This document shows positions 13,030 through 24,359 of a DNA stretch of 64,000 nt, one piece after another. A model generated the notes under the pieces. The model had not been told where the DNA came from and ran no database searches. It saw only the letters and a list, made by a program, of their open reading frames with translations. Each line of letters starts with the position of its first letter. Within the stretch, counting starts at the first letter, position 1. The stretch comes from Eledone cirrhosa. Its lineage: Eukaryota. The position numbers were made by a program, and so were the translations under genes. The DNA lies in contig OZ024740.1 in NCBI GenBank assembly GCA_964016885.1, positions 76,632,001-76,696,000 of the forward strand, read 5' to 3'.

Positions 13030-13328
13030 AGGTAAAGACCCCTGCATTCACGAATGGCTATGGGATTTGCGCCTAGAAAGTTCATCTCCGATGCACAAGT
13101 CCGGACGAGGTTGCTTATAGAAGACTAGCTGTCGCGCATGCACACCAGTCCACGCCAGCGATGTTGTTATAGGGAAAGTTAATGGCCGATACAACTTAGC
13201 ACCAGCTGGATAAACAAAAATAAAGTGTCTTGCTCAAAGACACAACGTATCACCCGGTCCGAGAATAGAACTCACAACCACCTGATTGCAAAGCCAGCGC
13301 CCAAACCCCTAAGCCATGCGCCTTCACA
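13030..13328 (-). mobile_element. tRNA-derived SINE
   Basis: Minus strand reads GTGAAGGCGCATGGCTTAGGGG...GAGTTCTATTCTCGG...TGTGTCTTTGAGCAAGAC (tRNA head + CORE-like body). Confidence 0.7.
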
Positions 13329-13635
13329 TTGAATAAGTAACATAAACAATAATGTGTAAAATCTAACTCGGTTGGAGAAAACTGAGCTTCTTCAGGATTG
13401 GGGAGCGTATCACTGTTTATCATCTTGGATAAGAGAGTGGGACTGGCTTTGTGCAATGCCTTTGCTCACTATAAAAGCTTCACGGCACAGGCATTACTTT
13501 ATATCTGGAGGTCTCTCTGCACTTGTCGTCACATGGTACCATGGGCCCGGCACTATTTGTCAATAATTGTCACAAGTGTAGTGTTTGTACCAGAGTTTTC
13601 AAGTCGCAGGCTGGACTAAAAGTCACCCTCGTTCA

Positions 13636-13733
<98 letters not shown>

Positions 13734-13789
13734 GTATAGTGTTACTGTTAATGTATATCTATTGTTTATTGTAGCCCTATTATATTGAT

Positions 13790-15002
13790 GACATCCTAAA
13801 AGCTTTGGGAGAAGGTTCCAACACTGTAGCAAGGCTTTTGACAGCGTTGATCGCACTATCCTGTTGAAGAAACTATCCAACGTTGGAGTATGTGGAAATC
13901 TACTCCAGTGGAATGTTTCGGCTGAAGACAGCCCAGCATGTTGTGCTGGAAGGAATACAGTTAAACCCACCTGACGTCATTAATGGAGTCCGACAAGGCA
14001 TTCTGGTCGGCTTAATTCTCTTCATTATTTACACCCATGACATTATAGACGTCATAAAGCATAGCAAAATAAGAATATTCACAGATGATTCTAAGCAACT
14101 GAAGATCATCAATGGAGTGGAAGACCGGACATGCCTTCAATCGGAGTTACTTGCTGTTATCCAATGGGCGTAAAGAACAATAGACTAGTAAACGAATATA
14201 TATTTGAATTAATCCATTTAGGAAAAGAGGATAGACTGAAGTTACCATATTCTTTTCACGCAGATGAAACCTTCCTGGCATTCAACAAGGTCAGAGACGT
14301 TGGAGTAATTGTTGACAACAACTTAAGCCAGAGTACTCATATAAACAACAAAGTTGGTATTGCCTCCAGGATGTGTTCCTGGTTATTTAGAATTTTCCAG
14401 TCGAGAGATATTCATCTCATCATCTTTCTCGTATCTATATTTCCCCGGCCCCACCTTGAATGTTGTTGTTCACTGTGCTCTCCTTACACGACAAAAAGTA
14501 TTTCGAAAATCGAAGCACCCCAGAGATTAATTGCAAACAGGATAGACGGCTTGAAAAGCTTTGACTCTTGGGGTCGACTAGAAAAACTCAAACACTACCC
14601 GCCCCAACACCGACGTGAGCGCTACATCAACTGTATGATGTGGAAAATATTCCGGCATCATTACACAAATGATGTTGGCGTCAACTTTAAATTAACTCTA
14701 TGCTTTGTCCCCGTGCTAATCGCCCTGTACAAAGATCAAACATGCATCTGAGAACAATGCTGCAACACAAGTATTTCACCGCTCTCTTTAATATCATACT
14801 AAAATACATCAAACCAGTAACAAATCCCCAAAAATTCAAAACGACGATAGTCAAATCACCCACTCCCAAATTACAGTTAAACCCCTTACTAGATGTCTAA
14901 ACCCTTTACTAGATGTCTAAACCATGATTAAGGTGTGAATTATGATCTGGAAAACTTAAGTTATACATGGCCTAAGCAAATACTGGCCGAAACCTACTAA
15001 AG
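13790..15002 (+). pseudogene. 5'-truncated decayed CR1/L2-superfamily LINE (RT and 3' end)
   Basis: Motifs SKAFDSVD..ILLKKL, GVRQGILVGLILFIIY, IFTDDSK, VRDVGVIVDNNL and RPHLEC, with stops and frameshifts; 3' stem-loop GGCCTAAGCAAATACTGGCC. Confidence 0.8.
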
Positions 15003-15112
15003 TTATATATACAGTATATATATATATAGTTGTTGTAGGGTTGCAGGTAAATGCGTCCGTAGGCGGTATGCCGGTTGAGTACTCGATGCTCGCGCAGAGC
15101 AGAGTATATTAT

Positions 15113-15244
15113 TATAGATAACGAAGAATCAGTAATGCATCAAGCCACAATTTATTAACATATGTAATATGTTATATATTATTAACATATTACATATGTT
15201 AATAAATTGTGGCTTGATGCATAACTGATTCTTCGTTGTGTATA
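15113..15244. repeat. ~130-bp palindrome (two ~60-bp arms) next to (TA)n
   Basis: AACGAAGAATCAGTAATGCATCAAGCCACAATTTATTAACATATGTAATATGTT is mirrored with about one mismatch. Confidence 0.9.
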
Positions 15245-15258
15245 ATATATATATATAT

Positions 15259-15317
<59 letters not shown>

Positions 15318-15674
15318 CAGGTTGCCCAATGGCAAGTGGGCCCCAGGGGACCCACGGTAGCATTGCAAAATCCCACAGTAGCATCGCAGGGTCCACTGTA
15401 GTATTTTAGGGGCCAATGTTTTGCTTTCAAAAAATACCTGAAATCTAAGAGAAAGAATAAAATTTAAAAAATAATAAATAAAACAATTAAGCATAGCAGG
15501 GGATTACGATAAACCAAAATATACGATAGTGCAACTAGCTGGGATCAGTGGCTGTAGATTCTACGAAATCTAAAGCTTAGTGTATTCATTAATGCAAACT
15601 TACATAAATATATTATTTGGTATCAATGGGTCAAAGACATCTGTCAAATCAATTAGTAGTGAGGGTAGGTGGTG

Positions 15675-15809
<135 letters not shown>

Positions 15810-15831
15810 AGGGAGTGTGAAAGACCAAAAG

Positions 15832-16049
15832 TCATTATTGAAAGTCTCTCGATTTCGCAAAATACATAATTTTTTTATTGGAGAAGGTAAGATATTTTTC
15901 CGCAAAAATTTGATTGCAGTGTTTTGTTTCCACTTATGTATTTTTGGAAAATGTTATTTATTCATTATAAAAATTAAATGATAGCATTCTATATGTATGT
16001 GGGCCCCCTTCATCTGGCAACCAATATTTTTAGACCTAGACCACCACTG
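15832..16049. mobile_element. End segment of an unclassified (possibly DNA-transposon/MITE) element, repeated 3 times
   Basis: The same ~215-bp segment ending ...TAGACCACCACTG, followed by TA repeats, also occurs at ~18995-19210 and ~21232-21447. Confidence 0.55.
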
Positions 16050-16064
16050 TATATATATATATAT

Positions 16065-17641
16065 ATTTATTTTTTTTATTTCAATTGAGTTCTTAACACG
16101 TTGGATTGATAAAGTTTTCGAAAAAACTGATTAACCCGCGTGTATATTATTTTTTTTCCTCCTTTCGTGGATCGTAGTTGTCTCCCCTTCCCGCTTAGTG
16201 ACGCTATAATACTTCCTCAGTCAAAAACTGCTGGAATTTCAAATTTAGCGGTCATTCGATGCGAGAAGGAGCAACTTAACAGACACGATTTTTAACTGCG
16301 GTAAGAATTTTTTTCTTATATCAAAGTTTAATGGGCTTCCACTGATGATTTATAAGCACCCACCTAAATATATTCTTATATGAATGTGTATTAGGCTTCT
16401 ACATAAACTGGAAATATTCTCCCAATTTGTAGAAAACTTATAATGAAAAAATTGTTTGGAAAGAGAGATGTATTTTAACTTTAATTATATCTCATAAAAT
16501 AATACAACTGGCTTTTCCACATAATACATATTGTTAGCACCCCAAACACTTAAATTGGGTTTATATTAAAATATAACCTAATGTTTGTTGAGTGAGATGG
16601 TTACCAGTCAGAGTTTAGCTTTAAACTATCTCTGTTATTGTATTAAATATTTTACTCTTGATTCGCCAGAGGTATTTATTTCCAGGTACCTTATAAATTT
16701 GACTTTCCGTATTTATTACTGTTGTGCGATATTGTGGTTTTTATTGGTTGTAACTTCTCTGTTTTTTAGCCTAAGAAAATATATATATGCCTATGTATAT
16801 AATTACATGCATACATTTATTTTTTTAAATTAATTGAGTTCTTTATACGAGGAATTGATATTAGTTATAAAATAACTAATTAACCCGCGTGTGTTTTATA
16901 TTTTACTCTTAATTCGGCCGGAGATTTACATTCCCATTTGCCCTTTAAAGCATAAATTTCCCTATTTACTACGGTTACGAGATGCGGTTTCTTATTCAGG
17001 TACAACCTCTGATTTTAGCCTAAGAAAATATCTATATGCGTGTGTAATTTATACACGCATATATTTATTTTTTTAATTTCAATTGAGTTCTTAACACGTT
17101 GGATTGATGAAGTTTTTCGAAAAAACTGATTAACCCGCGTGTATATTATTTTTTTCCTCCTTTCGTGGATCGTAGTTGTCTCCCCTTCCCGCTTAGTGAC
17201 GCTATAATACTTCCTCAGTCAAAAACTGCTGGAATTTCAAATTTAGCGGTCATTCGATGCGAGAAGGAGCAACTTAACAGACACGATTTTTAACTGCGGT
17301 AAGAATTTTTTTCTTATATCAAAGTTTAATGGGCTTCCACTGATGATTTATAAGCGCCCACCTAAATATATTCTTATATGAATGTGTATTAGGCTTCTAC
17401 ATAAACTGGAAATATTCTCCCAATTTGTAGAAAACTTATAATGAAACAATTGTTTGGAAAGAGAGATCTATTTTAACTTTAATTATATCTCATAAAATAA
17501 TATAACTGGCTTTTCCACATAATACATATTGTTAGCACTCCAAACACTTAAATTGGGTTTATATTAAAATATAACCTAATATTTGTTGAGTGAGATGGTT
17601 ACCAGTCAGAGTTTAGCTTTAAACTATCTCTGTTATTGTAT

Positions 17642-17645
<4 letters not shown>
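16065..17645. repeat. Local tandem duplication, period ~998 bp
   Basis: 16081 onward is near-identical to 17079 onward for ~570 bp; 16760-16900 also resembles 17010-17150. Confidence 0.9.
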
Positions 17646-17700
<55 letters not shown>

Positions 17701-17708
<8 letters not shown>

Positions 17709-18267
17709 ATAAATTAACGGAGCCATAGACTCGTTATTCCCTGTCAATAATGTGCTCAAAGGAAAAGGAAACCTGAGCTCTTTAAAATACAATATGTAGA
17801 AAAGGTAACACACTAGAGAGATATAGTGTGCCATCAATAAAATAGGGAGAACCACCAGTGTATGGAATCTATAAACTATGGAAGGCAGGGTAGACACAAT
17901 ACTTAAAGATATAAATTAAAATGTATATATGTACCTCTATAACACACTCGTACAAATCCAAAGAGATCTGTTTCGCCAGGAATAGCCTATGGGTCATCAG
18001 CGCGTGCAAGACTATACATTCCAGACAACTCTAAGAGAATCTAAAGCGACCGTCCAGCTACACGCGGCAGAGAGATATCACAGCGTGCTTAGGGCAGTGA
18101 ACCAGTGGTATCTGAGGGACGAGCTGCTAGAAAGGGCAGCCCAAAAACCACTCAAAGAAGTGTGAGAGGGGAAAGACTGTTATAAGGAGCGAAATATCAC
18201 GATAAATTAACGGAGCCATAGACTCTCGTTATTCCCTGTCAATAATGTGCTCAAAGGAAAAGGAATC
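17701..18267. mobile_element. ~565-bp non-coding element with ~70-bp direct terminal repeats inserted in (TA)n
   Basis: ATATCACGATAAATTAACGGAGCCATAGACTC...AAAGGAAAAGGAA occurs at 17701-17770 and ~18194-18265; (TA)n on both sides. Confidence 0.7.
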
Positions 18268-18679
18268 CTATATATATATATAATGCCAATCATTATAAGT
18301 TTGAATTTAACTGACATGCATAAACTTATATAAAGGATAAGGTAAGCCCAAATCATAGTAGATTCAAATATCACAGAGAGAAAGAGGTAAAATGAGAAAG
18401 AGCGAGATGTGGGGGGGGGGGGGGTGAAACATGCATTACAGGTTAAAATATAGTCTAGATAGATGTGAAACAAAACGAGGATGTAGTTTATGGAACACCC
18501 AAATGATTTACAAGTCGACCTTAAGTAGGAGCAATATCATTAAGAAAGACATGAACGACACCACAATACTTTGTTTTGAAAATTTTGAAAGTAAGTTTAT
18601 AAATATGAATTTTCATTAGATTTTCGTAGTTGTCTCTGAATTTTTATTAGATTTTCGTAGTTGTCTCTAGCGGTCGGTA

Positions 18680-21100
18680 CTAGAGAGTGTGGAGATCCTG
18701 GCCTTGGGTTCAATCCTGGTCAAGAGGTACATGTAACCATTTTCAGTTTTTATTTTACAACAGAAAAAAACTGAAAAGGTTTAGAGGGAATCCAGATCCC
18801 GACCAGTATCGAACTTCAGACCGACATCACCAGCGTCTATGATTCCTCCAGCTAAGCCACCGAGACAGCTACAAAGATATGATGAAAATTAATAATTATA
18901 AACCTACTTTCAAAATCAAAGTTAAAAAGATGTGGTGTCATTCCTGGTGGCTTTCCTAGAGCTGTTAGTAATATTTAGGGTCGACTTCTGGTCATTATTA
19001 AAAGTCTCTGGATTTTGCAAAATGCATAATATTTTTTATTGGAGAAGGTAAGATATTTTTTCGCAAAAATGTGATTGCAGTGTTTCGTTTCCACTTATGT
19101 ATTTTTTGAAAATGTTATTTATTCATTATAAAAATTAAATGATAGCATTCTATATGTAGGTGGGCCCCCTATATCCGGCAACCAATATTTTTAGACCTAG
19201 TCCGGCACTGTGTATATGTATTTATTTATATATATATATATATATAATGCCAATCATTGTAAGGTTGATCCTAACTGACATGCATAAATTTATATATAGG
19301 AATAAGGTAAGCCCAAATCATAGTAGATTCAAATATCACAGAGAGAAAGAGAGAGAGGGGGAGGGAGGAGAAAGGGGAGAAATGAAACTTGGATTACGGG
19401 TTAAAATATAGTCTAGATAGATGTAAAACAAAACGAGGATGTAGTCTATGGAACACAAATCCCGACCAGGATCGAACTTCAAACCAGGATCACCACCGTC
19501 TAAGATTCCTCCAACTAGGCCACCGTGACAGCTACAAAAGTGTAATGAAACTTAATAATTATAAACCTACTTTCAAAATCAAAGTTAAAAAATGTGGTGT
19601 CGTTCATGGCTTTCCTAGAGCTATTAGTAATACTAGCTGACGTACCCAGCTTCGCCCGGGTAAACAGATGATAAGAGAAGACAGGCAAAAGAGAAAATGA
19701 CTGTATTGGATGTTTGTCTGCTTACAGTATGAGGCGAGTCCGTGGTGTCTGTGTGATACAAAAAACAGTAAAAAAAAATCTTCCAGATATACCAGATTCT
19801 TCGTTGTACCGTTTTTGCATAGTATATGAACAATTCTAGGTGCTCCCACCTAGAATAGTGACCTCTAGGAGATGATTTTTCTGCCTGACTGTAAAACGTG
19901 TATCATTGCATAGACGTGGTTGTTCCACGTTTCTCAAAAGGATGATGGAAGTTCCAATCTTTTATATTATATGTAGATATAGATATAGATAATTAATATA
20001 AAAGATGATGCTCAGCCAGTTCGTCTTCAACCATCGCAGCACACCGTCGCAGCTTGGCTCCAGTGTTTCGTTGGCGTTGTTCAGCCAGCTCCTCTTCATT
20101 AATGGCGGCACGTCTTCGCCTCTGAAGTTCGGAGTTCCGATGGCGCTGTTCGGCCCGTTTTTCTTCATTCCTGGCTGGACGCCGTCGCCGCTGTAGTTCA
20201 CTGTTTGATAAAGTCGAATTGCTTTTATTATAGTATTCATTTCGAGCAATTGTCAAAAAATGACATAATAATAAATATAAAAGATGTCCGTCAATGTAAA
20301 AAAAAGGTCCCTATTTACTCCCTTCACAACTCTGTGTATGTTAGACTGACAGACAGGCACACAGACAGATAAACTGCGTGGCGATTGTGGAACGCCCCAG
20401 GTACACACACATACACGCATGGAAATGCGCACACGCACACAAACTTACACACGCACCCGTGCACTTACATACACTTACACACTCACACATGTTGATAGTT
20501 TTTACTTTCTGTGGAACGCTGCACGCACCCACACACACATAAACATACGCGCACGTACATACACACGCACACATGGTAATAGTTACAGCGTTCACTTTGC
20601 CTTTCTGTTTCTTACTCTCTCCTCTCACTCCCTCATTGGTATTATGCGTATTAATTTCAGTTTGGCGTCGTTGAGGTGGACGGAGTCGTTTGAAACCTAT
20701 GAACCAATGATAATCGAGAATTATGACACGGAATACTGACGTTCTTGAAATTAATATATAGATTTAAGGTCAACTTGTCAATCTTCTGGCGAGTGTGGAG
20801 ATCCTGGCTTTGGGATCAATCCTGGTTAAGAGGTACATGTAACCATTTTCAGTTTTTATCTTACAACCATTAGAAAAAAACTGAAAAGGTTTACCGGTAA
20901 ACCTACTTCAGACCAGTATCAAACCTCAGACCGAGATCACCAACGTCTATGATTCCTACAACTAGGCCACCGAGACAGCTACAAAAGTATTATAAAAATT
21001 AATAATTATAAATCTACTTTCAAAATCAAAGTTTAAAAGATGTGGTGTCGTTCCTGGCTTTCCTAGAGCTGTTAGTAATATTTAGGGTCGACTTCTGGTC
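18680..21100. repeat. Repeated composite unit with a tRNA-like head (three copies, one interrupted by a Helitron)
   Basis: 18680-18995, 19455-19632/20763-20780 and 20790-21100 share sequence; minus-strand A box TGGCTTAGCTGG and B box GTTCGATAC. Confidence 0.6.
19633..20762 (-). mobile_element. Non-autonomous Helitron with RepHel remnants
   Basis: Minus strand has a 5' TC end, a subterminal hairpin CCCGGGCGAAGCTGGG and a 3' CTAG, and is inserted between A and T without a TSD. Pif1-helicase remnants read NVEQPRLCNDTRFTV and GTTKNLVYLE. Confidence 0.9.
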
Positions 21101-21114
21101 ATTATTACTTGCCA

Positions 21115-21238
21115 TTCTGAGTTCAAATCCCGCCGAGGTAAACTTTGCCTTTCATCCTTACGGGGTCGATAAAATGAAGAACCAGTAATGCACTGGGTTA
21201 TTTGCTGGCCTTGTCCCAAAAGTAGAAACAATTATTAA
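21115..21238 (+). mobile_element. Nin-domain SINE fragment
   Basis: GTTCAAATCCCGCCGAGG...GCCTTTCATCCTTACGGGGTCGATAAA; same family as 4.5-5.2 kb and 50360-50525. Confidence 0.75.
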
Positions 21239-21457
21239 AAGTCTCTGGATTTCGCAAAATACATAATACTTTTTATTGGAGAAGGTAAGATGTTTCTCGC
21301 AAAAATGTTATTGCACTGCTTTATTCCACTAATGTATTTTTGGAAAATGTTATTTATTCATTATAAAAATTAAATGATAGCATTCTATATGTAGGTGGGC
21401 CCCTTCATCTCCTGGCAACCAATATTTTTAGACTAAGTCTACCACTGTATATATGTA

Positions 21458-21530
<73 letters not shown>

Positions 21531-21541
21531 TATTCTAGGTG

Positions 21542-21960
21542 GGTATCACATAAAATACCAAGCAAATGTGTTAGTGTATTAAAAATGTATGGCGGATGTA
21601 ATGTGATAATAGTATTCAAATTTGTGTGTGTTGAGTGACTCAAAGTTATTGTCTTTTCCATTACATATGTTAAATTATATTTTAGTTAATGTTTATATTG
21701 AATGTTTTAAGTTAGTTAAAGCAATGGATTGTAAATTGGTCTTATTGTATTCTTATTCATCACGTTACATCCGCCATAAATGTTTAATACACTAACACAT
21801 TTGCTTGGTATTTTATGTGATACCTATTGTATTCTTATTCATGGATTAGAGTTGTTCAACCGGTAGCTTTCGAAAGACTACCTGTTGAACAACTCTAATC
21901 CACGAATAAGAATACAATAAGACCAATTTACAATCCATTGCTGTAACTAACTTAAAACAT
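21542..21960. repeat. Cluster of overlapping inverted repeats
   Basis: Inverted pairs 21542-21606 vs 21759-21824 and ~21700-21757 vs 21904-21960; hairpin 21826-21921 centred on TTTCGAAAG. Confidence 0.85.
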
Positions 21961-22106
21961 AATTTATATTCTTGCTCTGTAAAACACCTGATGTTCTTAC
22001 ATTGAGCTATTTATTTTACTGGTAATAAGGTAGTAATAAATTACTGACTTTTCCTGTTTATAGTTGTTTATAGTTGTTTATAGTATATACATAACTATAA
22101 ATAGAA

Positions 22107-22156
<50 letters not shown>

Positions 22157-22365
22157 GGCGACCTACTTAGTAAATCGTATCATCGTGAGCTCCGCAAAGG
22201 TTTGTTATTTCCGTTTGTTAAAAATTGTCATTTATGGAAAATTTTATTGTTAACTGTTTATAAGCACACATACATTGTTTTCCGAAAAGGACACCCAAAA
22301 AGATTGGGGCCTTTTGCTCAAAAGTTTAACTTTTATTATTATCCAAAAATTTCTTTGAAAAAAAA

Positions 22366-24325
22366 TGGCTAATTCCCCTCTGCACGAAGCAGCTGAAAGC
22401 CTTCCTCACAAAATAACACCTCACACCGACACCACCATTGTAAATGTTACTACGTTTGCCAACACAAAAAAAAAATATAAGCAGTAGCAATATTTTAAAT
22501 TTGTCTCAGGCAGACATTCATTTCCCGCCATTACCAATGACTGCAGGTGTTAAACCCTCCACCACCACCACCACCGCAACAACCACCACCACCACCACCA
22601 CCGCGACAACAGAAACAAAAGAAGAAAAAAATTAATTAACTCGTGACGTCGAAATGAAATCAAGCAAAATGGACTCTTCCCCACCAAAGACGACTGACGT
22701 CACCACCACCACAACTGAAAATAAAATTAATATTAACGATAGCAACAACAACAACAATGACATTATAAAACCGACCCTCAGTTTCGCCATCGTAGCAAAA
22801 CAATTCGAAGCGTTCACGGTAACTCAAGAAGATTTAGAAAATGCCAAACAAATGGTAAAGAAAGATGGGTACAGGGTCAGCCTCACCCCCCCCACCTAAT
22901 AAAATGGAGCATCGGCGCCTGTGCACCGTGTCGTATAGAACAATAAATGTAAAATCGCGCCGAGTGGAACGGGCATCCGAGTCCCAAATCCAAAAAGCTT
23001 TGGGACATGTGTGGGCAAGAAAAACCCACATCAGACGTGGGCAAAAGTATGGAACCGTGGATGTGTTCTTTGAAACACCAGAGGAGGATAGAGAACACTC
23101 CATGGCCCCATTAAAAAGTGACGACCTCACACTCGTCCCAAGCTATTGTGGCCAGAGACTCGTAATGATCAGGGTGACCCACTTTCCACCGGTCATCGAA
23201 ATTCCCTGGCTAATAGCGACCTTCCTCGCCGGGATCGAAGCCAACACGAAAATAATAGCAATAGCAAAAGAAAAGCAGGAAAACTGGTCCGGATCTGGGA
23301 TGGAGCTCCTGATCCAAGCGGACCAAAAAAGCATTGAGGAGATCCCAGAGGTAATAGACCTCACTGACGGCAGCCACCTCACGGTAATTGTCGAGGGCAG
23401 AAGACCTAGGTGTGTCGTTTGTGGTGAAGGAACCCACCTAAGGGCTTTCTGCCCTCAGGCTAAAAGGTTGAGGCCACCTCTCCTACCCACCCCAGTGACA
23501 CAACCATAAACACCACCAGTAGCAGAGATGGCAGCAACAACTGTAGCAGCAACAACAGAAGCAACTATAACAGCAACAACCCCAGCAACAGTAGCAAAAC
23601 CAACACCACCACCACCCAACGCTTCAGAACTAGCACCAGCGCCTACACCATCCACCACACCACAACCAAAACTAACGGCTGTGGAGGATTTTCCACTCCC
23701 CGGCCTATCACAACTGGAGACAGATTGTGACGACGAGGAGTGGGAAACGATATCCGGAAAAAAAAAAAGAAACCAAAAAAGAAAAAATTCTCTTCCTTCC
23801 CCCTCCAAAAACAAAATACAGAGGGAAACAAATAAACTAAGAAACAAAAAAGTTAGGACAGATATGCCACCATCCACACCAGCATCACCAACCCCATCAA
23901 CCCAAACACCAACACCATCACCATCATTAACTCCAACACCACCATCACCTACACCACAAAAGTCACCAAAATGCGAAACAGAAACAAACCCACAACAAAC
24001 GCAAACAAAACAAAACAACCAAAACGATACACACTACACAGCATTAAATTTGAACAACAACCAATTATTGCACTACATCCAACACAACACCAGCATCACA
24101 GAAAAAAACTACACAACAACCCCAAAATTCACACCACCTCCACACATACAAATCACTCGCATCACACAGAAAACGTACATGACACTAAAACAAAAATTCC
24201 CCAAAGACATCGGAGACTTCCGACAAGCACTCTCCAGGAGGATTTATAAGGACATCCTTCCTGAGGAGGCCACAAGCAGTGAAAAGGATGGAAAAACCGT
24301 CCTTCCCCTACGAGAAGTAAGGTAA
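22366..24325 (+). pseudogene. Tx1/L1 ORF1 (nucleic-acid-binding, single CCHC zinc knuckle), disrupted
   Basis: VEGRRPRCVVCGEGTHLRAFC with low-complexity T/P flanks; frameshifts near 22470 and 22890 and a stop at 23507-23509. The start at 22366 is inferred. Confidence 0.75.
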
Positions 24326-24359
24326 GTGGTCTTTCCCATCTTTTCCACTCCTTTTCAAC

